NCBI RefSeq assembly: GCF_963921235.1
Contig: NC_086100.1
Location: 199,332,001-199,396,000, forward strand
DNA length: 64,000 nucleotides
Source of the DNA: Mobula hypostoma
Lineage: Eukaryota
Direction: 5' to 3'
Both the position numbers and the translations under genes were made by a program. This document shows, in pieces, positions 37,800-50,319 of the stretch. Under the pieces are notes generated by a model. That model saw nothing but the letters and a program-made list of their open reading frames with translations, did not search any database and was not told the origin of the DNA. Position 1 is the stretch's first letter; every line of letters starts with the position of its first letter.

Positions 37800-39030
37800 G
37801 TGTCTCCACAACGTCATTCAGTCTTCCCCAATGAGAAGCCCCGGATGAACCATGAGATCCGCAATCTGCCGAGGGTCAGAGCAGAGGCATTCCGACCAAA
37901 TACAAGAGGCCCAGGTGTGATCTGCAGAAAGCCACCTCATGGGCACAGTGATGATTCTGGACTAAACTTGATCAATGGAGGGTGCTCAACAGCGATGTCA
38001 GGGCTTGAATGTCATCATCTCCTACAAAGTGAAACCAAGTGGCATAGGTGACAACAAGGCTTCACTTCCAGGTGAGCTGAATACCTTCTACGGGGGCTTT
38101 GACATCGAGTCGTCGATGGCGCCTCTGTTGTTGGCCGGATGGTGATGAATCAGCACACAGGAGGGAGACTGAAAATCTGGCCGACTGGCACCACAACAAC
38201 AACCTCTCACTCAACGTCAGCAAGACCAAGGAGATGATCGTAAACTTCAGGAGGAGGAAACCAGAGGACCATGAGCCAGTCTTCATCAGGGGGTCAGAAG
38301 TGGAGAGCGTCAGCAATTTTAAATTCCTCGGCGTTATCACTTCAAAGGACCTGTCCTGGGCCCAGCACGCAAGTGCTACTACGAAGAAAGCACGGTAACA
38401 CCTCTACTTTCTTAGAGGTTTGTGAACCTAAGAGGTTTTTGATATCTAAAACTATGACAAACTCCAACAGGTGTGTGGTGGAGAGTATATTGAATAGTTG
38501 TATCACAGCCTGGTATGGAAACACCAACGCCCTGGAGAGGAAGGTCACGGGTAAAGCCCTCCCCCCAATTCAGCAGATCTACACGGAGTGCTGTCACAAA
38601 GCAACAGCATCCATCGTCAAGGGCCCCCACCACCCAGGCCATGCACCTTTCTCACTGCTGCCATCAGGAAAGAGGTACAGGAGCCCCACGACTCACAGCA
38701 TCAGGCTCAGGAACAGTTATTACCCTCAACCATCAGGCTCCTGAACCAGAGGGGATAACTTCACTTGTCCATCACTGAACTATAGATTCACTTTCAAAGA
38801 CTCTTCACCTCATGTGCTTGATATTTATTTATTATTATTATTTCTCTCTTCTTTTGTATTTGCACACTTTGCTGTCTTTTTGCACACTGGTTATTTGTCC
38901 TCCCTGTTGGGTGCGGTCTTTCATCAATTCTATTATAGTTCTGGTACTTACCGAGTATGCCCGCAAGAAGACGAATCTCAGGGTTCTATATGGTGACATA
39001 TATGTACTTTGATAATAAATTTACTTTGAC
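37800..39030 (+). mobile_element. Rex1/Babar LINE fragments
   Basis: NNLSLNVSKTKEMIVNFR, ESILNSCITAWYG, LLPSGKRYR. Confidence 0.8.
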
Positions 39031-39149
39031 TGACTGGAACACAGCCTCAGCCTCAGCTCTGCAGTCCTCATCACCTGTTCTCAGCTCTGAGAGTCACCGG
39101 GAGGGAGGAGTTCCCTGACAATTCTCTCTTCCCGGCCCCACTCCTCTCA

Positions 39150-40075
39150 TCCCTTCTACCCTCCCCGTACATTCGCGTGTCCCGGTGCCTACCTCCGTAA
39201 AGGGTCCACTTGCGGCCCTGCCCTGAGCACCGTCTTGCTCCCCTCACTCCGCCATCGGTCCTCCTTATCTTGTTCCATCCTCCCCGAGACGGAGATTCCT
39301 GGAGATCTTCATGGATCCCGGCCTATTGCTCGCCTTTCGCTGCCTTGGACACGCCGGCTGTGAACCGGTCTGACTGTGACCAGGTCCTGTTGTGAACCGG
39401 TCTGGCTGTGACCAGGTCCTGTTGTGAACCGGTCTGACTGTGACCAGGTCCTGTTGTGAACCGGTCTGACTGTGACCAGGTCCTGTTGTGAACCGGTCTG
39501 GCTGTGACCAGGTCCTGTTGTGAACCGGTCTGACTGTGACCAGGTCCTGTTGTGAACCGGTCTGACTGTGACCAGGTCCTGTTGTGAACCGGTCTGGCTG
39601 TGACCAGGTCCTGTTGTGAACCGGTCTGACTGTGACCAGGTCCTGTTGTGAACCGGTCTGACTGTGACCAGGTCCTGTTGTGAACCGGTCTGGCTGTCAC
39701 CGTGCCTCCCTGGTGGAAAGCGGACTCTGGACTCTCTGAGAAGGTGAGTGTCCGTCCCCACGCTCCCCGCCGCCGGGCTCCAGCCAACTGCGTCTGCGCT
39801 CGGATCGGAGACTATTTAAACTTCAAGTGTCGGTAACATGAGAATGGGCCGAACGGTCTGCCTCCGTCAGCTCCGTAACTAACTGGCGCTGGATAAACCG
39901 GAACTACTGCATCACATGCGGCGGAGATCACGCTGCGCGCATGTGCGGCCCGCCAGGCCGGCACCCTCTGGCCGCGCTCCCGCCTCTCGGCCGGCGCGTC
40001 CCCGCCAGCCTCCGGCCGCGCTCCCGCCTCCCGGCCAGCGCGTCCCCGCCATGCCGCCAGCCTCGGCTGGCCTTT
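39150..40075. promoter_or_regulatory. CpG island / probable promoter region
   Basis: CpG-dense non-repeat sequence; GC-box-like duplications at 39950-40065; TATA-like 'tatttaaa' at ~39812-39820; splice-donor-like sites on both strands. Confidence 0.6.
39359..39697. repeat. 32-bp minisatellite (~10.5 copies) with a 96-bp higher-order period
   Basis: Unit tgtgaaccggtctgRctgtgaccaggtcctgt; the variant base runs A,G,A,A,G,A,A,G,A,A,G. Confidence 0.95.
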
Positions 40076-40429
40076 CTGATTGAAGTTGTATAAGACTTTG
40101 GTGTGGAGCGTTGTGTACGGTTTTGGTCACCTACCTGCAGGAAAGATGTCAATAAAGCTGAGACATTGTACAGATGTCCTGTTGAAAGTGGCCTGACTGG
40201 TTGCATCATGGTCTGGTACAGCAATTTGAATGTGCAGGAATGTAAAAAGCTGTGCGAATAGTGGAGTCTGCCCTGTACATCACAGACACATCCCTCCCCA
40301 ACCTTAGTAGTATCCAGGAGGTGCTGCACCAAGAGGGCAACGTCTGTCATCAACGATCCCCACCATCTGGGCTGTGCCATCTTCAAAGTTCAAAAGATAA
40401 GAGTAAATTTATTGTTCAAGTATGTATAA

Positions 40430-41050
40430 GTATGTACCTGGGGATACGAATTGACAATAAACTGGACTGGTCAAAGAACACTGAGGCTGTCTACAAGAAG
40501 GGTCAGAGCCGTCTCTATTTCCTGAGGAGACTGATGTTGTTCTTTGAGTCTGTGGTGGCCAGTGCTATCATGTTTGCTGTTGTGTGCTGGGGCAGCTGGC
40601 TGAGGGTAGCAGACACCAACAGAATCAACAAACTCATTCGTAAGGCCAGTGATGTTGTGGGGATGGAACTGGACTCTCTCATGGTGGTGTCTGAAAAGAG
40701 GATGTTGTCTAAGTTGCTTGCCATCTTGGACAATGTCTCCCATCCACTACATAATGTACTGGGTGGGCACAGGAGTACATTCAGCCAGAGACTCATTCCT
40801 CCGAGATGCAGCACAGAACGTCATAGGGAGTCATTCCTGCCTGTGGCCATCAAACTTTACAACTCCTCCCTTGGAGGGTCAGACACCCTGAGCCAATAGG
40901 CTGGTCCTGGACTTATTTCATAATTTACTGGCATAATTTACATATTACTATTTAACTACTTATGGTTCTATTACTATCTATTATTTAAGGTGCAACTGTA
41001 ACGAAAACCAGTTTCCCCCTGTGATCAATAAAGTATGACTATGTCTATAT
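40430..41050 (+). mobile_element. Rex1/Babar LINE 3' fragment
   Basis: YLGIRIDNKLDW..KKGQSRLYFLRRL..SFLPVAIKLYN. Confidence 0.85.
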
Positions 41051-41469
41051 GTTGCCATTTACAGGAAAGAAGAAATACAACGGAACTTTATGAAAAATCT
41101 ATCCACACACAGGCAAAGACTGACAATCAACATGCAAAAGAAGACACACTGTGCAAATAGATATGCTGACCACATGAGTTGTAAAGAGTCCTTAAAACTG
41201 AGTCGTAGGTCATAGAATCCATTCATAGTAGTGGAGAGTGAAGTTATACGCACCAGTTCAGGAGCCCGATGGTTGTAGTTGTATGATGGTTGATGGTTGT
41301 ATAACTGTTCGTGAACCTGCTGGTGGGACCTGAGATTCAGAATCATATTTAATATCAGCAGCATACGAGTGATTTTGTTATTTTCCGTCATCAGAACATT
41401 GAAATACAAGGTAATGAAAACCATAAATGACAATAAGAAGTATATATACAAATATATAAAAAAGGGGAA

Positions 41470-42560
41470 AATTCACGGGTTCACTTTCCTTTCAGAAATC
41501 TGATGGCAAGGGGGAAGAAGCTCTTCCTGAAATGTTGAGTCTGTGTCTTCACGCAGGCTCCTGTGCCTCCTTCTTGAAAAGAGGGACATGTCCTGGGAGA
41601 TGGGGGTCCTTACTGATGAATGCTGCCTTTTTAAGGCATCAGCTTTTGAAGATGTCCTCAATGCTAGGAAACTAGTGCCCATGATGGAACTGCCTGAATT
41701 AAAAACTTGCTGCAGCTTTTTCCTATCCTGTTCAGTGCCCCCTCCACACCAGACGATGCAACCAGTTAGAATGCCCTCCACAGTACTTCTGTGCAAATTT
41801 GCGAGTGTCTTTGGTGACATACCAATTCTTTTTCAAACTCTTAATGAAATATAGCCGCTGTCATGCCTTTTTGTAATTGCATCAATATGTTGGGTCCAAG
41901 ATAGATCTTCAGAGATGTTGACACCCAGGACCTTGAAATTGCTCACCCTTTCCACTTCTGATCCCTCGATGAATAAGACCACAATCAATTCCTTGGTCTT
42001 ACTGATGTTCAGTGCAAGGTCATTTCTGCGACACTACTCAACTAGCTGATCCATCTTACTTATGTATGGCTCTGTGACACCATCTGTAATTCAGCCAATG
42101 ATAGCTGTAACACGCATAAAATTTGCTGGTGAACACAGCAGGCCAGGCAGCATCTCTAGGAAGAGGTACAGTCGACGTTTTGGGCCGAGACCCTTCGTCA
42201 GGACTGCCTATCACAGCCATATATCCCTTTTTGTGTTCACCAGCAACTTTTATGTGTGTTGCTTGAAATTCCAGCATCCGCAGATTTCCTCGTGTTTGCA
42301 ATAATAGCTGTGTTGTTGGCAAATTTATTGAAGGTGTTTGAGCTGTGCTAGGGTATAGAGGGTTTTCAGGGTATAGAGAGAGTAGGGAAGTAGTCTGAGC
42401 ACACATCCCTGAGGTGCACCAGTGCTGATCGTCAGCGAGGAGGAGATGTTACTTCCAATCCACGCTGACCGTGGTCTTCTGGTGAGGAAGTCAAGGATCC
42501 AGTTGCAAATGGAGATACAGAAGCCCAGGTTTTGGAGCTTTTTGATTAGAACTGTTGGAA
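41470..42560 (-). mobile_element. Rex1/Babar LINE fragment (minus), interrupted by a Penelope-derived repeat
   Basis: [33 protein letters not shown]. Confidence 0.8.
42109..42300 (-). mobile_element. Penelope-derived repeat with an inverted segment and a hammerhead motif (42169-42206)
   Basis: Minus strand cagtc-CTGACGA-agggtctcggccc-aAAA-cGTC-gactg; inverted repeat ~42110-42137 vs ~42233-42260. Confidence 0.7.
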
Positions 42561-43270
42561 TCAATTAATCTTTATGTTTCAATAAGGTATTAGTTGAATT
42601 AACGAATTTTTAGCAAGACAGAATTTGTAGTTACACTAGCATATAATTTGTACTTTTTGCAATCGGTGGTGTTAGACTCCACCAACTGGTGGTGATGCGA
42701 TATAACGGTTACATAATGGTTTATCAACTTTCATTTTTCATTGGCAAACTGTTCACCTGTCTGTCTTTCTATAGCCCCTTGCTCAACTCAAGAATTTGCC
42801 TTAGTTCCGTGTGTTTCTGAAAAACTCCCCATCTTGTTCTTGCTTGTCTTAGTTCCTTAGTTCTTTCCTTTGGTTTCATATGTTCTGTGCCTATTTCTTG
42901 TTTTAAACTTTCAATAAATGATTGTGAAGCAACAAGTTTTCAACTCAATCTTGGAGTGTTAAAAGAACCTGCGGATTGAAAATCACCAGATCCGACACAA
43001 TTGTGTTGAACGCTGCGCTGTGCGGTAGTCAATACACAGCAGCCTGACGGAGGTTATTATTGTCCCGGGGAAAAGGGCAGCGCAGAGCCAGTGAGAATGA
43101 ATCCACCGTAGACCTATTGTGGCGATAGGCATGATATCCACTCTATTGTGGAGAGGGATAATAAATCAGCCGTGGTGGAATGGCAGAGCAGACTCAATGG
43201 GCTGAATGGCCTAATTCTGCTCCTGTGTCTTATGGTGCTATGGTCTTGTGAACACTGCTTATCCGACGCT

Positions 43271-43753
43271 TGTCCGGGAAGTTAATTTGCTAAGGAAATC
43301 CGGTTAAAGTTGATCACAAGTAAATTAGACATGGACTTCGAAGTAAAGAGAGCTTTATTCACGATATTGTGGGGAGTGAAACCGCTAACAGTGGGTTTCG
43401 AACTCCAAATAATACAGAGAGCACAGGTCCTTTTATAAATGTATAAATTGATTCCCATGTGAATTACAAAAGATAAGCTCGGTTGAAATGCAATTCTCTT
43501 GGGAAGAACTATAGCCAAAGCAACAGCCAAACGTTCAAAATCCAGTCCTGTGTACAAATTTGTATTAACAGTCTGTCTGATATCCATGAGTCTTAATCCT
43601 TATCAGAATAAGCGACTGCAAATATTTATTCTGAGAGTCATCGCTGCTAAAAACCAAAGCCATATCGCTCACAAACTAAGTTGCAAACTGGTTTCCATAT
43701 TCAAACAGCCAATATCTATCAAAATCTTTAACTCACAATACTTTCCCCCCACA
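43271..43753 (-). repeat. ERV-B 3' LTR
   Basis: Diverged direct repeat of 52373-52876; TG...CA ends; adjacent PPT at 43754-43767. Confidence 0.88.
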
Positions 43754-44449
43754 ATCCCCTCCTTTTTGACAAACCATAAATATCATATTCCGGTGGTGGT
43801 GGTGGTGGTGGTGGGGGGGGGGGGGGGAGGGCCTCATTTTAAACGTTCCTCTTTATTATACTCCGGGTCATAAGTACCAGCGAGGGAACACAGAAATGGG
43901 GCGATTCGTTAAACGGGGTAGAATTGCACACCTGAGTGGCCAAAACACATACTATCACTGTAGCGATAATAATTCCATAACGTACTAGCGCCCCCTACCG
44001 ACCACCAAGGACCCCCAGCAACCAGGAGGGTTACAGTTTTGGAATTCTCCAATATTACGTATCTGTTTTCCGCTCCTGTGGATATGGTTGGCTAAGTGGG
44101 TTATGTTTTCAGCTTCACCAGGAATATACATATAACGTTTCTGTCCTGTTCCTCCTTTCTCAGCTAAAATAAAATCTGTTTTGCAGGGCCACAGTTCGAG
44201 TGGCTGCCACTTCAGTGAAGCCCAAATGTGCATCATAAGCGCTGGTAAGTCTAGATGCTAAAGCAACAAGGCAAATTCTTCGTTGGACTCTTCACTTTTC
44301 CTTTGGACTCCGGAAAAGAAGGCTGATGCAACTTGCACTTGGTTCTGTGCACCCAGTTGGCTTTGCGTTGACCCTTGACCGCTGTACTGGGGGTGGGGGG
44401 GGGACGGGGAGGTTAGCAGCACTTGACAGGGTCCCCCTAGGAGAGATCT

Positions 44450-45950
44450 TCTACTGAAATTATCTAAAATGTTAAAGAATGAAACCACAGTCAAAGTAAT
44501 AAGAAGCCTCCTAGAAAATCGCAGATTTTATGTAGAAATGAATGGAATTAAGAGTAGGTGGCTTCCACAAAAGAACGGACTACCACAGGGATCAGTCCTG
44601 GCACCTCTACTATTTAATGTTTACACAAATGACCAACCAACCTTTCCTGACACACATGCATAGCGACCAGGCTGGTGGCATAGTGGCATCAAAACAAAGG
44701 GTCCCGGGCTCGAATCCAGCCGGCTCCCCTGCACGCTTTCCATCCATGCTGGGTTACGAGCTGGTGATCTCTTTGGAAGCTCACCCGGCAGAAGGCAATG
44801 GCAAACCACTGCTGTAACTTGCCTCGTACGCGGTTCCCCACTGCGTCAGAGAGGCGTGGAGGGAAATCGTCCGCTAACCGGAGAAACTCCGGATGAGATA
44901 TGCGGCGTACCTTTCCCTTCCTATGCATAGCAACACAAGCTAACTCCTTCCAAGTAGTTGAAGTACGACTTACAGCAGTCCTCGAAGCAATGAGGCAGTA
45001 TCATGAAAAATGGTCTCTGAACCCAAATCCATCAAAAACTCAAGTGTGTGCATTTCACCTGAGAAATCGAGAAGCAGCTCCGAAACTCAAGATCTTCTGG
45101 TGTGGGAAGGAGCTCGAACACCATCCGACTCCAATTTACCTGGGCGGGACACTGGATAGGACGCTCTCATTTGCCACCCACATCCAAAAACTCTTGAGGG
45201 AAAGTTGGCTCCCGCAATTCTCTCTTGAAAGAATTAGCAGGCTTGAAATGGGGAGCTAATGTTCACACACTTAGATCAACTGCCTTAGCACTCTGCTATG
45301 CACCTGCAGAATACTGTGCACCTGTGTGGGGCAGATCAGCCCATGCGAAGAAAATAGACCTGTTGCTTAACGAAGCCGGCCGAATGATCACAGGCACACT
45401 GCGCCCCACACCCACTAACATCATTTACAGGCTTACAGCCATTGCTCCCCCAGAGATCCGAAGACACACTACAACAAAAATTGAAAAAGGTAAACAGAAC
45501 TCGAATCCACGGCACCCACTACACCATCATGTGCCAGTTTCCAACCGCCTAAAATCGAGGAAAAGCTTTGCTACAGTGGAGGACTACCGCACGGAACATC
45601 CCCCCAAACACACAGGATTGACCTCTGGCAACAAACAGAAGCCAGAACCTCACCAAACAATACAGTGCCAGACCCCAGAGAAATGCTACCAGACGGGGCA
45701 CTGCTTGACAGACGGAAGTGGAGCACTCTCAACAGAGCGAGAGCGGGAGTTTGTGGGACGGGAGACAATATAGTGAAGCGGGGTTTAAAGACCAGCGAAT
45801 CCTGTGAGTGTGGCGAAAGGGTGGAGAACATTGAACAGGTTCTGCGCAACTGCCCACTCTCACCTGATTTAGCTGACACTGACCCGCTCAACATCAACCA
45901 AACAACACTAGAGTGGCTGTCTGTCTGGTGTGACAAGCTATGATGATGAC
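44450..45950 (+). mobile_element. Vingi/Ingi-like LINE 3' part
   Basis: KNGLPQGSVLAPLLFNVYTNDQP; WGANVHTLRSTALALCYAPAEYCAPVW; WSTLNRARAG..CECGE..CP; (TGA)n tail. Confidence 0.75.
44665..44922 (+). mobile_element. tRNA-derived SINE with an RTE-like motif; 9-bp TSD ATGCATAGC
   Basis: A-box 'tggcatagtgg', B-box 'ggctcgaatcc', 'gaaggcaatggcaaaccactgc'; TSD at 44656-44664 and 44923-44931. Confidence 0.8.
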
Positions 45951-47539
45951 CTAGGAGAGAGAGAATTTTCCCCCTCTCCCCCCCAGTGATTGATTATATA
46001 CATAATCACCTGGTTTAAATGGGCAGGTATTACCCTCTCCGGGTTTGGGTAGGGCTGCGGTCACTTTCTCTTGATTCATTCTAACACTTTCACCTAAGGA
46101 CCATAAGACACAGGAGCAGAATTAGGCCATTCAGCCCATCGAGTTTGGCTTCCCCGTTCCATCATGGCTGATCCCGGATCCCACTCAACCCCATACACCT
46201 GCCTTCCCGCCATATCGTTTGATGCCCTGACAGATCAGGAACGTTCACCTTCTGCTTTAAATGATAATAATAATAATGATGTGCTTTATCGATCTTCAGT
46301 GGGAAATTATTTTGTTACTGCAGTGTGCATATCCTCACGGACTGGGCGTCCACCACAGTCTATGGCAGGGCATTCCACAGATTCACTACTCCCTTTAACC
46401 AGAGCTTTAACTGTTTCTCGGGTTTTCTCATACCATTGCATACCAGTGCTGTTTGTAAAAGGGAGCTTAGAACCCTTGAGCATAGGTCTTCCATCTAAGC
46501 TTGGTGATTCTGTTGACGTGATTTCTCAAGGTATGCACAGCCATCAGCAGCTCCTCAGGCCATTTCAACCCCGCTGTATCACATACTTTGGGCAGAGTGT
46601 CTTTCTCTACTCCATTCATCCGTTCCACTATTCCTGGTGATTGTGGTTGGTGGGACACTTATCACTCCCTGGGCTTGCCCCAATGCTTTAGTTAACTTCC
46701 ACGTAAAGTGATTCCTCTATCACTATTCAGTTCGCAAGGAATCTCAAATCGGGAAATAATCTCCTTCATCAGTAATTTAACTGCTGTCCGAGTGTCATCT
46801 TTTCGTGTGGACAGGTCTCTCTCCATTTAGAAAACATGTCCACTATTACTAACAGAAGTTTATATCCCCCACTTGCTGGCATATGTACAAAGTCTATCTA
46901 TAGATTCATAAATGGAGTGAAAATGATCAAATTTAGCAGGGGACTTCCCCCGATTATTTCTTTGGCAAATCTTGCAAATTCTAACTGTCAGCTCTACTAG
47001 TGTTAAGTCCTGGCGCAAATATCTGCTGTCGTATTTGGAGTCTCTCTCTCTCTCTCTAGGTCCTTGGCTGTGTGCAGTCTAACAAGGGCATAGAGAAGAC
47101 AACGGGGACACGGGGCGGCCATAATCCACCGGCATCACGGGGGGGGGCAGAGCTTATTTTCCCTCTCTGCACTGGCCGCCTATGGTCGGGCATCCAAGTG
47201 TGGACTGTTGTAAATTCAGTGAAGCGGTTATGGCGTTCCCGGAAAGGGCGGCAGATTCGGCGTCTGCATCTGCTGCCGGATTACCGTGTGCCACAGGGTC
47301 GGAGCTACGCGTATGCGCTCCACCTTTCATTACTGCAATCTGCTGGAGCAACAAGAAAGTCTGTAGCAAATTCTTAATAAGTTGAGCATGCTGTAAAGGG
47401 TTACCAGAGGAGGTAATAAATTCCCTATGCTGCCACAGGGTACCGAAATCATGTACTCCCCAGAAGCATATCGTGAATCGGTAACATGAGGAAATCTGCA
47501 GAATCGGTATAGATTTTCACAGTTTTACCCTCAGATAAG

Positions 47540-49095
47540 ATCCAGGTGAATCTGGTGAACCTCCTCTGCACCACCTCCAAAGCCAGTATCTCCTCCTTCA
47601 AGTAAGGAGATCAAAACTGCACACAGTACTCCAGGTGCGGCCTCACCAGTACCCTGTACAGTTGCAGCATGACCTCCCTGCTCTTACATTCAATCCCTCT
47701 AGCAATGGCCAACATTCCATTTGCCTTCTTGATAGCCTGCTGCACCTGCAAACCAACCTTTTGTGATTCATGCACAAGCACTCCCAAGTTCCCCTGCACA
47801 GCAGCATGCCGCAATTTTTTACCGTTTAAATAATAATCTGATCTTCCATTTTCCTTTCCAAAGTGGATGACCTTGCATTACCAACATTGTACTCCATCTG
47901 CCAGACCCTTGCCCACTCAGTTAACCTATCTATATCTCTCTGCAGACACTCCATATCCTCTGCACAATTTGCTTTTTCACTCAATTTAGTGTAATCAGCA
48001 AACTCAGATACACTACACTCAGTCCCTCTTCCAGATCATTAATGTATATCATGAACAGTTGTGGGCTCAGCACTGACCCCTGTGGCACACCGCTCACCAC
48101 TGATTGCCAACCTGAATAACAGCCATGTATCCCAGCTCTCTGCTTTCTATTAGCTAACCAATCCTTTATCCATGCTAAGCTCCAAAGGTAGTCATCGCCG
48201 AAGGGTGGTAGTGGGGACGAGCTCCCACTACTAAACAACTGCTCTTCATGGCGTACATCTCAAACAGCCTCTGACAACCAAGTCCAACTCCTGGCCTTCA
48301 TGTGTGGCATAGTTCTCATGCCCGGCGGAGCTGTTCTCACTGACAGGAGAAGGGGCAAAAGCCGGCCACTGGCGCCTTAAAACCGGTTGCTCCGGGCGGA
48401 TGGGGCTTGGTAACCATGGATGGTAGCTCTTCTCGGAGAGGGAAACTCCGATTTCAAACTTCCGCTGCCTTGCGGCTATACCCACTCACGGAAAAGGGTT
48501 GGAGAGTAAACCCTGAGGAAAAATCCGGAGTCAGAGTCCCGAAGGCGGCTGACTGCTGTACCCAGCACTGGTATGGCAACTCCTGCGATGCTGCTGGCAC
48601 CAAACCGTACCAACTTTCGTCGTTCCTTTGGACCTGTTATCAGCATGGAGAGGGGGTCCCACTGCATGGGCAACAGACGGACCTCCACATCAACTCTGCC
48701 CTGGAGAGGCCACTCCAGCTTCGCTTCATTGACGACCAGAGGCGCAGTACCCATGACCACAACCAATGGAGGTCACACACATATATCCGTGCTAATACAT
48801 CGCCCCCAACTCTGTGCATCCTTATCTTATGGATAAGTCTTTTATGTGGCACCTTATCGAATGCTTTCTGGAAATCCAAGTAAGTAATGCCCATCTGTTC
48901 CCTTCTATCCACTGTGCTCATTATGTCCTCAAAGAACTCCTGTAAGTTTGTCAAACAGGACCTGCCTTTGCTGAATCCATGCTGCATCTGCCTGATGGAT
49001 CCATTTCTTTCTAGATTGTCACACTGTTTCTTCTTTAAAGATAGTTTCAATCATTTTGCCAACTACAGATGTTAAACTAACTGGCCTATAGCCAC
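47540..49095 (-). mobile_element. CR1 fragment inside ERV-B pol
   Basis: YLDFQKAFDKVPH, GVPQGSVL, LVRPHLEYCVQF. Confidence 0.85.
48179..48783 (+). mobile_element. RTE-type non-autonomous element with 12-bp TSD TATCC(A/G)TGCTAA
   Basis: TSD at 48167-48178 and 48784-48795; long structured UTR-like body without RT. Confidence 0.7.
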
Positions 49096-49099
49096 CAGT

Positions 49100-50100
49100 C
49101 TCTTCAAGCCACCATGTTCCTTAGTCAGCATGGCACTTGCAAGTCCCTCCTTTTCATTAGTGTATAACTGGGATGATTTGGAGTGGTCGGGAATGCCCAG
49201 GGCTAATGTGTGGAGCCGTGCCTTCTTCAGAGTCCCATATGCCTATTCCATTTCTGGACTCCCTTGGATCTGCGGAACACAGCCCAAATAGGTAACAGTA
49301 CCTTGGCAGAACTCTAACCTAGACGGTGAGGCTCGATGTCCATGGACTGCCTGGTGGTTTAACAGTATTGCAGAGTCTCTCTGGTAATCCGCCAGCATCC
49401 TCGAAGCCAGCAGCAGATCGTCAGCATATTGTAAAATGACACCAGTGCCTGGCGGTCGTAATGTATTCAAGTGGCCTCGTACAGCAGCTGCATCCACCAC
49501 TGGGCACTCGGTACAGCCCTGAGTCAACCTTGTCCAGGTATATTGTTGTCCTTCATATGTAAAGGCAAACAGGTATTGACCATCCTCGTGCAGAGAGACC
49601 AAGAGGAAGGCGGAGAAGAGGTCAATCCACCATGTACCATCGATTTTCAGATGGTATAGCGGCCAAAATAACATTTGTGTCTGGTACACCAGGGAAACGG
49701 GCTGTACTATCTGACTGATAGGCCGCAAACCCTGCACAAACCGCCATTCGTCCGGCCTGCCCGGTTTTGGGATTGGCAAAATTGTGTCTAAAAGGAAGAG
49801 TGTTGAGGATTTTTCACTATCACTCCAATATCGGGATCAAAATAGGTTATGCCAATTGGAAGGGTGCCCCGAATTAGCTCCTTTAACTGTTTCACTATCA
49901 GACCCAGATCTTTGGACTGGGGATGGAGTGGGGCTTCATTCTCAGGGATACATGAGGTACAGAGCGGTCTCCTCCCAGGACGTAATTTACCTGAGAAGGG
50001 TAGCGCTGAATTTGCTAAAAGATCTTTGGCCCTTAAAGCACAGATTATAACGCTCTCCAACATGAGCCTTGGCTTTTTCTTATATCCATCATCAAGTTGA
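49100..50100 (-). pseudogene. pol: ERV-B reverse transcriptase remnant
   Basis: PIPKPGRPDEWRFVQ, YLFAFTYEGQQYTWTRLTQG, ILQYADDLLL. Confidence 0.88.
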
Positions 50101-50164
50101 ATGAATGTGTTACTTCAGGTCGCAGACAATTTAAAAAGGTTTGCACCGCCAAAGGTCCATTCTG

Positions 50165-50310
50165 TTTTGTTCTGAGTCCTGATGAAGGGTCTCCGCCCGA
50201 AACATCGACTGTACTCTTTTTCATAGATGCTGCCTGACCTGCTCAGTTCTTCCAGCACTTTTGTTGATGTTGCTTGGATTTCCAGCATCTGCAGACTCTC
50301 TCTTGTTTGT
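50165..50310 (+). mobile_element. Penelope-derived repeat with a type-I minimal hammerhead motif at 50175-50210
   Basis: agtc-CTGATGA-agggtctccgccc-GAAA-c-ATC-gact. Confidence 0.72.
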
Positions 50311-50319
50311 TTTCCATTC

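Noticed and set aside
39323..39787. 154-aa repeat ORF on the minus strand
   Set aside because: Explained by the 32-bp tandem array; no recognisable domain
42561..43000. Possible solo LTR interrupting Rex1 (AATAAA, ends in CA)
   Set aside because: Could not define a clean 5' TG boundary or TSD
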